A stretch of DNA of 64,000 bases from Macrostomum lignano (lineage: Eukaryota), in contig NIVC01000327.1 of the NCBI GenBank assembly GCA_002269645.1, positions 124,001-188,000 of the forward strand, given 5' to 3'. Of the stretch, positions 1-12,356 are shown in pieces. Under the pieces are notes generated by a model, which did no database searches, had not been told where the DNA came from, and saw nothing but the letters and a program-made list of their open reading frames with translations. The translations under genes were made by a program, and so were the position numbers. The stretch's first letter is position 1, and the number at the start of each line of letters is the position of its first letter.

Positions 1-590
1 AACAACAGACGCAAGACACAAACCACTGTCCAACAACAGAAACAAGACACAGACCACTGTCTAACAAGAGAAGCAAGACGCAAACCACTGTCTAACAACA
101 GACAAAAACTACTAACAACAGACACAAGACAAAAATCACTGTCTAACAACAGACACAAGACGAAAACTACTGTCTAATAACAGACGCAAGACACAACCTA
201 CTGTGTAGCAAAGACACAAGACAAGAACCACTGTCTAACAATAGACGCAAGACACAATCTACTGTGTAACAAAGACACAAGACAAGAACCACTGTCTAAC
301 AACAGAAGCAAGACACAATCTACTGTGTAACAAAGACACAAGACAAGAACTACTGTCTAACAACAGACGCAAGAAGAAAACCACTGTCTAACAACAGAAG
401 CAAGACACAATCTACTGTGTAACAAAGACACAAGACAAGAACTACTGTCTAACAACAGACGCAAGACGAAAACCACTGTCTAACAACAGAAGCAAGACAC
501 AATCTACTGTGTAACAAAGACACAAGACAAGAACCACTGTCTAACAACAGACGCAAGACAGAAACCACTGTCTAACAACAGACACAAGCT
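1..590. repeat. Tandem array, ~31-33-nt units, core CTGTCTAACAACAGAC
   Basis: Direct inspection; inverted relative to the 1030-1760 array. Confidence 0.9.
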
Positions 591-591
591 G

Positions 592-682
592 ACACAGGTA
601 CCCGCTCACACAGGGTGTACAACAGCAGCCCCACTTTCTCATCAATGCGTTAGGCATGTACACACTGTGCCTGAAAGGGGTC
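592..682. repeat. Dispersed hairpin repeat, copy A (others at ~7615-7740, ~10385-10445, ~11026-11110)
   Basis: CACAGG.TGTACA...CGTTAGGCATGTACAC..ACTGTGCCT shared with 11026-11110; inverted GTGTACA/TGTACAC stem. Confidence 0.65.
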
Positions 683-789
683 GCCAGCCCGAGTGTGAAT
701 GGTACAACGAATTTCCGGGACAATTTTAAAATTTGAACTTCAAATATGGAGCTAAACTAAATAGGGAGCTTCAAAAAGGGGCTGCTTAC

Positions 790-3700
790 CGAACTGTCGC
801 ATAGTGACAATAATAGTACGAATCAGTCTCCCGTAAGCCAACGTCAGTACAAAAGTTGGCAGCAAAAATATGACGACAATGTTGAATATCATGTAGGCCA
901 GTTGTAGGTGATGCACAATGCCTGCTACACTTTTCGGCGGGTTCATGGCGATTGATACGCACTGGTAGAAGTCGGTCTCCCACGGACCGCGAGCCACTTG
1001 GAACTGGATTAGCTGCAATGAGTATCGGGATGTAGGGTGGTGTCTGTTGTTGTCAGCGACTAACTTTTGTTGCTAGAAGACAGAAGCCCGTGTCTGTTGT
1101 TAGATTTAGTTTGTTTCTGTTGTTACATGTAGTTTGTGTCTGTTGTTACATGTATGGTTTGTGTCTGCTGTTAAATGTAGCTTGTGTCTTTAATTAAATG
1201 TAGTTTGTGCCTGTTGTTAAATGTAGCTTGTGTCTTTTAGTAGATGTAGTTTGTGTCAGTTGTTGTCAGCTGCTAACTCTAGCTGCTAGAAGACAAAAGC
1301 CCATGTCTGTTGTTAGACAGCAGTTTGTGTCTGTTGTTAGACAGCAGTTGGTGTCTGTTGTTAGACAGAAGTTGGTGTCTGTTGTTAGACACCAGTTTGT
1401 GTCTGTTGTTAGACACCAGTTTGTGTCTGTTGTTAGACAGAAGTTTGTGTCTGTTGTTAGACACCAGTTTGTGTCTGTTGTTAGACACCAGTTTGTGTCT
1501 GTTGTTAGACACCAGTTTGTGTCTGTTGTTAGACAGCAGTTGGTGTCTGTTGTTAGACAGAAGTTGGTGTCTGTTGTTAGACACCAGTTTGTGTCTGTTG
1601 TTAGACACCAGTTTGTGTCTGTTGTTAGACAGCAGTTTGTGTCTGTTGTTAGACAGCAGTTTGTGTCTGTTGTTAGACACCAGTTTGTGTCTGTTGTTAG
1701 ACAGCAGTTTGTGTCTGTTGTTAGACACCAGTTTGTGTCTGTTGTTAGACAGCAGTCTGTACTAGACTTTAATTTACATTTATAGTGCACGCGACTTCCC
1801 GCATGACAGAGCTGGGAGTTTGTAGGGAGACCACAGTGGAAAAAGATGATTTTCATAAACTTTCCCAGAAACCGCTTACACATCCACACAGCCCGACCGA
1901 GTATACGCCAGATCTCTCATTCAGTTTACAATTCGTTTTTTCTTAGCTCCCCAGCGTGGGGCAGGGAGTTTCTCCTAACCGATTTTAATCTCATTGATTG
2001 AATTCGGAACAGTTCTGAGAGGTCGAATGCGGCCCATCAAGCTTAGGCCGGGGTTTGAGCTGCAGAATATCTCCATAGTTGCCATGGTCTAAGGAAGAAT
2101 CTAAAGCCCCAATAGCAGCCTCCCTGCTGCAGCCTCTCTATTTCCTGTTTGCCTTGCCAGCAGTTTCATTCTCTGCTTTTACTGTACTTTAAATATTTTA
2201 ATACGTTAATGCAGTTTGTGCTTTCCAATTCCTAGGCGGAGCTTGGCTATGACCTCCTCCTGATATCTTCCTTTTCCTTAATACCCCGTATTTGGTCTTT
2301 GAATCTTTTAACTCTCCTGTGTGCATTTCGCTTCTCTGTCTTCTTTTCACATTGATACCTCTCCCCTGCTTCACAACCCGCTTTCTCTGCGTCTGATTCT
2401 CGCACCTGGGACACGTCTTGGGCGAGTTCGATTCTTGAGGGGTTTCATATCTCCGACACTTCATATCTCCGACACTTCATATCTCCGACATCTCATATCT
2501 CCGACATCTCATATCTCCGACACTTCATATCTCCGACACTTCACATCTCCGACACTTCACATCTCCGACACTTCATATCTCCGACACTTCACATCTCCGA
2601 TAATTCAAATTTTCGGAGATAAGAAAGCACTTCGATTCCTCCATCCCTCTACTTTTTTAATCTCTCATCAGTTTTGCTGTCAACCTTTGGCTGTTATGCT
2701 TGTTGAGTCCCAAATTTAATAAATGAATATTCATTTTAATCTCTAATTCGCTCTTGTGTCGTATTTCTCAGAACTCGCCGGGGCGAATATCTCAGTTTGG
2801 CGACTGAAACTCATCACCCAGGGAGATGTCATGACAGCACTGATGCATACAGAAATAAGTAATCGCTATACTACATCGGAGCCGGTTGGCTCTTCCAGAG
2901 TTTCAGGCAAGGCAGACGTGGCCCGCTCTGCTCACCCAAGCTGAAGTCGCTGACATGACGAGACTGAGATGAAGGCGATTCTCTTAATCCCACAGCAGCC
3001 TGAGCCCAGCCTCAATCGGGCGCATTCTCTCGCCATCTGCCGATCTGCTTTACTCTTGTACAGCCCTCCTATTCCCTCTGCTGCAGCTGGCCTTCTATCG
3101 AGATCGATGCAGTAGCCATCCGTCATGTGTTTCTCTGATTCCTGTCATGCCCATTGGTGTCTCTGATCTGTGTCATTCTAATTGTCATATTTCTGTGATC
3201 TGTGTCATTCTCATTCTCCTGTTTCTGTGATCTGTGTCATTCTCATTCTCATGTTTCTGTGATCTGTGTCATTCTCATTCTCATGTTTCTGTGATCTGTG
3301 TCATTCTCATTGTCATATTTCTGTGATGTGTGATTCTAATTGTCATATTTCTGTGATCTGTGTCATTCTCATTCTTATGTGCCTCTTATCTGTGTCAATC
3401 TCATGTGTCTTTGATCTCTGTCAATCTCATGTGTCTCTGATCCCTGTCATTCTCATGTGTCTCTGATCTCTGTCAATCTCATGTGTCTCTGATCTCTGTC
3501 AATCTCATGTGTCTCTGATCTCTGTCATTCTGATGTGTCTCTGATCCCTGTCATTCTCATGTGTCTCTGATCCCTGTCATTCTCATGTGTCTCTGATCCC
3601 TGTCATTCTCATTCTTGTGTCTCTTAATTATTAGCCTATCTATTTCTATCCATATGACTTTCTGTCCTACATTCTCCTTATTATTCTCTAACTTACAAAG

Positions 3701-6390
3701 CATAATATTATTGTCCTTCTATCTCTCAAGGGCAGTCGCTAAAAATATAGATTCCCAGATATAGAATTTCATGGCGTTTTTTGACATTTCTACTGTAATC
3801 AAAAAAGACATTGTGTGGGAAATATATTCATTCGTAGCAGATATTGTCTACCCTTTCAGATCACTAAAATATATGAATCTGTCTGTTAGAGTACAATCCG
3901 CTGGGTTGAGCGTGCCTTTTGTTTACATATCTTTTATTGACTGCAGAATCAATCGATCGCCAGTTTGGTGCTTGAAAAACCAGAGACTTCTGCCAGAGCT
4001 GAATGGATATTAACAATAGGCAACTTGAAAAACTATCATTTTGTTTGTTGAAAATCGATGGCTTCGTGAGCAGGACTGAGTTGAATAGTAGCTAAGGATG
4101 AGGGACGCCTGGTAGCTAGCTAATGACGTTTTAGTGGATTGGAGTCTACCCTGCAGAATCTCTGTAAGAAGCACGAAGATGGATATTGACAAAATGTCCC
4201 ATTGGCATTGTTACTGAGATAGGAGTGTCAGGTTGACGGAGTGTCAGATTGAAGGAGTGTCAGGCTGACGGAGTGTCAGGTTGACGGAGTGTCAGGTTGA
4301 CGGAGTGTCAGGTTGACGGAGTGTCAGGTTGACGGAGTGTCAGGTTGACGGAGTGTCAGGTTGACGGAGTGTCAGATTGAAGGAGTGTCAGGTTGACGGA
4401 GTGTCAGGTTGACGGAGTGTCAGGTTGAAGGAGTGTCAGGTTGACGGAGTGTCAGGTTGACGGAGTGTCAGGTTGACGGAGTGTCAGGTTGACGGAGTGT
4501 CAGGTTGACGGAGTGTCAGGTTGACGGAGTGTCAGGTTGACGGTGCGTCAGGTTGACGGAGTGTCAGGTTGAAGGAGTGTCAGGTTGACGGAGTGTCAGG
4601 TTGAAGGAGTGTCAGGTTGAAGGAGTGTCAGGTTGACGGTGCGTCAGGTTGACGAAATGTCAGATAGAAAAATCATGGCATGCAGATAGACTAAGCGTCA
4701 GATGATAAGCAGACAGGCAGACCAGCTAGACAATATCTGAGCTTTGAGCAGACTTTTTTTGGTCATAAACTGAACGATGTTTGCCAGTTTATTTTGTATT
4801 AAAGGGGATTAACAGCTGTTTTTGATGGCGTACTTTGCAATACTGTATTAATATTCAAGTCTCTTGTCAGATCAAATCAGAAACGGTGTGGACCTAAAGT
4901 CATCAATTTGATTGCGTGTAGGATTAGAAACGCGTGTCAGGCTGGTTGTGTCAGAAAGCAAATAACCCGGCCATCAGATTGATACATTATTAATGCAATT
5001 TCGGCCATGGATCAGGCACTGCATTTAAGGACGTTTACTAAAAATGAAATTAATTTGATTAAGAAGAATTAACAAGAAATTGGACTGCTGTGTGCCTAGT
5101 AATCAGCTTAGCATAGAGCTGTTGATTTCAAATTTAAAGTCCATTTTATCAAAATGTGACGCCTATGAACTTTTTGCTGACGCGGGCTGCCTGCGCACTT
5201 GTTTCGGCGCTTCACCTTCAACTCTAGCCGATTTTAGCTGGTCGCCAGTCGATTGGCTGGGGCGCCCCTCGCTCTCTCTCCCTCTCTCTCTCTCTTCCCC
5301 CACCCCAGAATTTCTGCGCGCCGATTGGCCAGTCCTCCCTGCCTCTTTTTTCTCTCCCCCTTTCTCTGTAACCCTCCCCCCTCCTGGTCCAGATTATCAG
5401 CTCTACCCTGCGCAGGTTGCTGATTGGCTGGGCTTGGCTGCAGTCTGCTCTCTTTCCCCCTTTCCTCAGCTGTCCCCTCTCTTACCCTTGAACTCGTGTG
5501 GCGACACCTTAAAGCCTCGTTCACACCGCTTTCGAATAAGGCCAAATTTCGTGTGATCACACAACGTGTACATCCATTTTGTTTCGTGTGATTTGGTCGG
5601 CTCATTTCGATGGCAGTGTGAATATGCCTTAAGAATGGGCCTTAGCTCTGCTCTGTACCGTGTTGATGGTCTCTTTAGCTCTTCTCTTCAAACAAAGTTA
5701 TGTTGTCTTTGACTTAATTATTTAGATCCTAGATATTCATACTTTATCTGTTTGAACATATCCACGTAGACAATTCGGTACTCACAAACGTAATTTGGCA
5801 TCGAAAACAAACCCGTTCACAAGCTCGAAAAGTTTCATGTCAATTTTAGGGCAACCCCAATGAAAACAAGCGCTCACCTGCGGCAGGCTCACGATGCAGC
5901 TGCCAGCCCAGGCTCCGGTCAGCAGCCGGCGTCTCAGCCGGTCCTGTCGAACTCCGCCATAGCTGAACGGGTGCGTCACCGCCCTGGACCGATCCACCGC
6001 TATCGCCATGGTAACAAAAGTGGACGAGGCCAGAGCCACGCACTGCAGAAATTTGAACAGGCGGCACATCCAGTCTCCGGCAATCCATTCCACCGACAGG
6101 AACCAAAGCGCGTCACCAAGTAGGCAGAAAATCGCCACAAAAATGTCGGACACCAGCAGGTGCTGAATCAGGTGATTCGCTGCCGGCTGGTTCCGAGCTT
6201 TGCGCTGCTCAGTTACTATGCACAGAGTTCGACAGTTGGACATCAACGCAAAGGCGAATAGAAGCAGAAGGACGGCAACCTGGGCCATGCTCCACTGAGT
6301 CAAGGTGGGCATCGGCGGCAGAGTGGTGGTTGCCCCGCCGAAACCCGTTGGCCCAGTGGCATTGTCAATGATAGCTGAGTTTGTGTTCAT
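790..6390 (-). CDS. Class A neuropeptide GPCR, GnRH/AKH/corazonin receptor superfamily (corazonin-receptor-like); 3' part (TM6-TM7) lies outside the window
   Basis: Exon 1 6390-5878 (ATG to ...IVSLPQ, donor CAG|GTGAG, phase 0). Exon 2 1012-790 (acceptor CATTGCAG|CTA; LIQFQVARGPWETDFYQCVSI...TM5; donor G|GTAAG). Hydrophobic TM1-TM5, HLLVSD (TM2), W.AGDWMC, DRS (DRY equivalent), SLPQ. The VARGP..FYQCV loop resembles corazonin receptors as recalled. Confidence 0.9.
1030..1760. repeat. Tandem array, 24-nt unit GTGTCTGTTGTTAGACACCAGTTT (degenerate 5' part)
   Basis: Direct inspection; source of ORFs 1207-1889. Confidence 0.92.
2445..2602. repeat. Tandem array, 16-nt ATATCTCCGACACTTC
   Basis: Direct inspection. 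Confidence 0.9.
3125..3620. repeat. Tandem array, ~25-nt CTGATCTGTGTCATTCTCAT-like units
   Basis: Direct inspection. Confidence 0.85.
4225..4655. repeat. Tandem array, 16-nt GTCAGGTTGACGGAGT
   Basis: Direct inspection. Confidence 0.92.
5251..5430. promoter_or_regulatory. Cluster of three GATTGGC (reverse CCAAT, NF-Y-type) boxes in a GC-rich patch of the GPCR intron
   Basis: GATTGGC at 5251, 5323 and 5422; motif match only. Confidence 0.3.
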
Positions 6391-6974
6391 TATTGATTAG
6401 AAGCTCTACCTCTTAAAGTTGCTTTAGTCTAGAAGCCAGGCCAGTTTTCATCAGACGAAATGGTTTTTATGCTGATGAAACAACAGTTATGACTATTCCT
6501 TAGCGGGAGAGATCTCCATGTTTGATTTCATTGGCTGCGGGGATGCAGAAGGAAGGAAATGCATTAGGGTTGGTTTAGCCATGAATTGCAGAAGTCATCC
6601 CAAAAGCTGTGTAAAGAGACATCGGTCGATATGAAATGGAGGCTGGCGGCACTGAGGCTGCTATGTGTTGTTGGCTGCATGGCATGAAACTGTTGTGGTC
6701 AAACACAGTGCGCGCTAAAAAAATTTCCATTTCGCATTCTTGGTGTTGCCTTGTCGTGCGACGGTTTAGCGGCAGTAGCTATAGCATTAAATCAATATCC
6801 CAAGACTTCAAGTGCATTCCTGCACCACTGAGAAAAACTTGTAAAATCGAAGTACCACGTACCGACTTTAAAGTACTTTATTAAATACTGTCTACCACGT
6901 GTTATATCCTATTTCGCGACGGGGAAGGGCAAGAGGTGCCGCGACCCCCTTTCACCCATTGGCAGGCAAAATTA

Positions 6975-7500
6975 TTTGGTGCTGGCGCCCATGGTGCTGG
7001 CGAGCATGGTGCTGGCGCCCATGTGCTGGCGCCCCGTGTTCTGGCGCCCCTGGTGCTAAAGACCCTGTTGCTAAAGCCCCTGGTGCTAAAGCCCCTGGTG
7101 CTAAATCCCCTGGTGCTAAAGCCCCTGGTGCTAAATCCCTTGGTGCTAAAGCCCCTGGTGCTAAAGCCCCTGGTGCTAAAGCCCCTGGTGCTAAAGCCCC
7201 TGGTGCTAAAGCCCCTGGTGCTAAATCCCCTGGTGCTAAATCCCTTGGTGCTAAAGCCCCTGGTGCTAAAGCCCCTGGTGCTAAAGCCCCTGGTTCTAAA
7301 GCCCCTGGTGCTAAATCCCCTGGTGCTAAATCCCTTGGTGCTAAAGCCCCTGGTGCTAAAGCCCCTGGTGCTAAAGCCCCTGGTGCTAAAGCCCCTGGTG
7401 CTAAAGCCCCTGGTGCTAAATCCCCTGGTGCTAAATCCCTTGGTGCTAAATCCCTTGGTGCTAAAGCCCCTGGTGCTAAAATCCTAGTGCTGGTGCTTGC
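6975..7500 (+). repeat. Tandem array, 15-nt CTGGTGCTAAAGCCC (left arm of inverted pair)
   Basis: Direct inspection. Confidence 0.92.
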
Positions 7501-7864
7501 AGCAACTTCCCTAGGCTAGACAAAAAAATAAATTTGGCTTAAATTAGCACCCCATAAATATGATTGAAACAATAATTATTGACAGGAAACCTGCAAGCGC
7601 CCTGACAAAACGCCTTCGACGACATTGTCCAAGGACTAAAGCTGACGACAAATCTGCCCATTTCGCTGACTCGTGTACATCAGCCCTGGCTTTCTCTAAT
7701 CGTCATGGGAATGTACACTCTCCGTGCCTTTTGGGTTGCATGGTCCTTTTGGTTGTGAATTGCATGTCAACCTCCCTGCAGGCCAACATTTTCGCCGCAC
7801 AAGGCCCAAATGAAAGTGGCAGCGATTATTAATTAAATACTTTATTATTTAATAAAGTATTTAA

Positions 7865-8575
7865 TTACAAGCACCAGCAAGCACCAGCACTAATAAAAAG
7901 TATTTAATTAAAAAGTATTTAAATTAGTACTAAATAAAAAGTAAAAGTATTTAAAAAAACGCAGTAAATACTTAATAAAAAGTATTTAATTACAAGCACC
8001 TGCAAGCACCAGGGGCTTTAGCACCAGGGGATTTAGCACCAGGGGCTTTAGCACCAGGGGCTTTAGCACCAGGGGCTTTAGCACCAGGGGATTTAGCACC
8101 TGGGGCTTTAGCACCAGGGGCCTTTAGCACCAGGGGATTTAGCACCAGGGGATTTAGCACCAGGGGATTTAGCACCAGGGGATTTAGCACCAGTGGCTTT
8201 AGCACCAGGGGATTTAGCACCATGGGCTTTAGCACCAGGGGCGCCAGCACCAGGGGCGCCAGCACCATGGGCGCAAGCACCATGGGCTTTAGCACCAGGG
8301 GATTTAGCACCATGGGCTTTAGCACCAGGGGCGCCAGCACCAGGGGCGCCAGCACCATGGGCGCCAGCACCATGGGCTTTAGCACCAGGGGATTTAGCAC
8401 CAAGGGCTTTAGCACCAGGGGCGCCAGCACCAGGGGCTTTAGCACCAGGGGCTTTAGCACCAGGGGCTTTAGCACCACGGGCTTTAGCACCAGGGGATTT
8501 AGCACCAGGGGATTTAGCACCAGGGGATTTAGCACCAGGGGCTTTAGCACCAGGGGATTTAGCACCAGGGGTCCC
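7865..8575 (-). repeat. Same 15-nt array in inverted orientation (right arm)
   Basis: GGGCTTTAGCACCAG units are the reverse complement of 6975-7500. Confidence 0.92.
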
Positions 8576-9399
8576 AGTAGTTCCGTTGGTTTTGTTTTAA
8601 TTAAAAAAGTGCTTCTGCGCGTAGACGACAGTCACAAACTGGGACAGAAAAAAAGTTTCAATTCAATTTTCAGGCAGTCACGATTTAAATCAAACAATTG
8701 AAATTGAATTTGCAGATGTCTGTAGATTTTTTATGGTGGCAAAGGCCACTCGTCAAATTTAATCTAGATTATCGAGAGGCCGTGAGTTAGGATATAGGGT
8801 TCGGGTATTGGTCGCTAGTCCATTGTTGTCACATGCAGGCTGACTGCTTACTGACTGCTTAGAAGTGCTCAGGACGGATTTTAGAGTAGCTACCCGGAAG
8901 TGCTCAGACGAGTCTAGACCGCAAGCAAACAAGAAAAGTTCTCAAGGATGCATTAGACAGGATAAATATAAACATGGCTATGATGCGATCAATAATCGGG
9001 TTTAGTGGGGGAGGGGGGTATCCGAGGTCCGTAATAAAAAATGAAAAACATTTCAGTGTAATAAGACGCTGCCCAGATGAAGGGGATAAAATGATCAACA
9101 CCGACTGAGCTTCTTCTGAGCAAGGGCGACAGACAGAGGTGAGGCAAAATTTTTCAAGACAAAGCAGAAAGACAGGCAGTAGCGATTCCCAGCTATTTTT
9201 TGCGCTGTCTAATCCTGCTGTAAAACTGGATACCCCCTGTCCATCTGTCTTTGAAGGAACTGAAAGGAATATCTGATTGCTAATGGAACAATAACCTGCA
9301 CAGTGCACTTTTCTTCTGGTCGATATTCAGCTGTAAACATTGTTGATTCTTAACAAAAAATATAAAAACAATTCTTCTGGTAAGCATACCAACACGCCT

Positions 9400-9406
9400 G
9401 CCTGTT

Positions 9407-9455
<49 letters not shown>

Positions 9456-9456
9456 G

Positions 9457-9496
<40 letters not shown>

Positions 9497-9497
9497 T

Positions 9498-9544
<47 letters not shown>

Positions 9545-9545
9545 T

Positions 9546-9604
<59 letters not shown>

Positions 9605-9605
9605 T

Positions 9606-9648
<43 letters not shown>

Positions 9649-9649
9649 T

Positions 9650-9701
<52 letters not shown>

Positions 9702-9797
9702 ATGTCATTATGTCTGTTTGTCTGTCAGTCTATCGGTCTGTCTAGTGTCTTTATGCCTGTCTGTCTGTCTGTCTATCTGTCTGTCTGTCTGTCTGCT
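9400..9797. repeat. (GTCT)n microsatellite
   Basis: Direct inspection. Confidence 0.95.
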
Positions 9798-11025
9798 TTA
9801 GTGTCTGTTCAAGTAGTGTTGTGGTCTGTCTCTCTTTTTTGACTCTATTTTAATCTATAAAGTAATAAAAACCACCGGTACTAAAAACTTCTTTCTAGCA
9901 ATGCTCAGCTGACACTGTAGCTCATGAAACTAGATTAGAAAAAAATGATGTGCTTGGCAAAGTGGTTTTAAGCACAAACTGAATTTTCATGCCAGCCACA
10001 GAGCCAGGCCGAGACGGAATTAATACAATGAACAAACTGGCCACTCTCTTCTCTTGCATTTAATTAATTTTCAGATGCTCTTCATCTTTTGAATCTCAGT
10101 TGGGGGGCTATAGCTTTGTGTTAGTTAATTCATTTTTAATGCACTTTTCAGTTGCTTTTAGCGGTTGCTCATTCTTTTTCTTATTGTCAGCTAACAAGGG
10201 CTGTCTGTTAACTGATTTCGCAGTGACAGAAGCACTTATTTTGATGAAAAATCTTTAACATTCGGAGCATTTCAATGGCGAATGAATCATTTCAGTCTGG
10301 ACTGATCCAGGTTAGGTTTGTAAAACCATATTGCTGGTGGAGACACGGGCTCCGGGTTAACACACAAAAAAACTAAAAACCTGCAGAGGCTCTGGCTTTC
10401 TAATCGTCAGGCTGTGTACACTCTCTGTACTTTGGTTGGGGGGGGGGGGGGTTCTCAAGCAGAAAAACGGGAAAGCTCGTTCCTTGCATGGTAAATTTTA
10501 GGTGGCAGCAGGTAAGGTCTTACCGAAAAATACATTACGTTTCGTAGATACGAGGTTCTTATATTTCAGCACAAAAATTGTTATTGCTTTTGATAGCAGG
10601 CAGACCTAATGTTCAGGTTTTGATGCCTGAAAAGTCATGAAAATGTCCATCTCGACATTTTATGAATCTATTTTATCATTATGTTACATATTTTGTTACA
10701 TAGTCATCAGGCAAAGAATAATCCTAATTTTTTAAACAAAAAGCTTTAAAAATAGCAATAGCGCTGTGAAAAATGAAAGCTTCCTAATTTCCCGTCCCAC
10801 TTGAGTAGTCATTGGTATTTAGTATGCTCCTCTAGAGAGAACGCACAGCGCTGGGTGGGATTTATCCATGGGGTGTTCCAGTTCATTTCTAAGAAAATGA
10901 AGTATAACGATTTTATTATAGGCAGGGGGGTTGTGTGTACCCTGATGCACTTTAAGCGACATTGTCGCACAACCGGTGAGAGGCATTGCTGCCCATTCCG
11001 CCGACTCCCCCTGAGCAGTCCTACG

Positions 11026-11110
11026 CACAGGCACACACTCACACAGGAGTGTACAGCGGCCCTAACTTTATTTATCGTTAGGCATGTACACTTCACTGTG
11101 CCTTGGGGGT
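11026..11110. repeat. Dispersed hairpin repeat, copy C (best-formed ~59-nt stem-loop)
   Basis: Stems CACAG/CTGTG, GAGTGTACA/TGTACACTT and CCTAAC/GTTAGG; 10-nt loop TTTATTTATC. Confidence 0.65.
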
Positions 11111-11891
11111 TGGACTTCCGCAGGGGCGTTAATTGCGCGAGCAGAGCCAAGCCGAGATTTCGATTTATCACTAAATTAATGACTGACTGCACTGTAGGAA
11201 TCGAGACTGGGCGGCCACGGAGCCCATGTTCAGAACGAGGCTTGGATGCAATCAGGCAGACTAGCTGGCCAAGCCTATCTATTTTATAACAGTAGGGATT
11301 ATATAAATGTGTGCGAGAATTGATTGCTATGAGTCTCTAAGGTTTTCGAATGCATGTGTATTTAGACCCGAAAAAATAAATTAAAAACAGAGTCAGGAGA
11401 GTAGAATCCCATAATACTGATGAGACAGCAAGTTCCATATTGCAATAGTGCTTCATCTCTGTGCCTGTTTATTGCTATATGCAATTGATGCATGATATGT
11501 ACCCACACATTTCAGCCTCTCGCGTCATAACACGAGTATACATAAAACCCAGCTATAGAAAGCGTATATATAGTAGTAGTACACGCATGAATATGCAGTT
11601 AGTCATATATAGATCCAAATTTTGTGCAAACATTTGTCACACCTCCAAGCTCTCGTGTTTGCCCGGCAGAAGCTCCGCAGTCTGCAGTCTGCAGTCCGAC
11701 AGCCTCTCAGTCTCTTGCCCTTATGCTTACATAGCTGGTCGCTTGTCAACCTGGTTAAGCCTAAAGCTTTGACACTGAGGGACTCAATATAAAGCAATTG
11801 CCAGCTGGGCGAAAGATCATGGACTGCTTCAAGGAGAATCTGGATTGGAGTGCCAATGCCAACTCCTCAGTCAGGTCGTTTTATTATAATT

Positions 11892-11958
<67 letters not shown>

Positions 11959-11973
11959 TAGTGTCTGTCTTAG

Positions 11974-12030
<57 letters not shown>

Positions 12031-12045
12031 TAGTGTCTGTCTTAG

Positions 12046-12078
<33 letters not shown>

Positions 12079-12105
12079 TAGTGTCTGTCTTAGTGTCTGT
12101 CTTAG

Positions 12106-12182
<77 letters not shown>

Positions 12183-12237
12183 TAGTGTCTGCCTGTCTGT
12201 CTGTCTGTCTTAGTGTCTGCCTGTCTGCCTGTCTGCC

Positions 12238-12270
<33 letters not shown>

Positions 12271-12309
12271 TAGTGTCTGCCTGTCTGCCTGTCTGCCTGT
12301 CTGCCTGCC

Positions 12310-12353
<44 letters not shown>

Positions 12354-12356
12354 CGT
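11892..12356. repeat. (GTCT)n microsatellite with CTTAGTGT interruptions
   Basis: Direct inspection. Confidence 0.95.
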
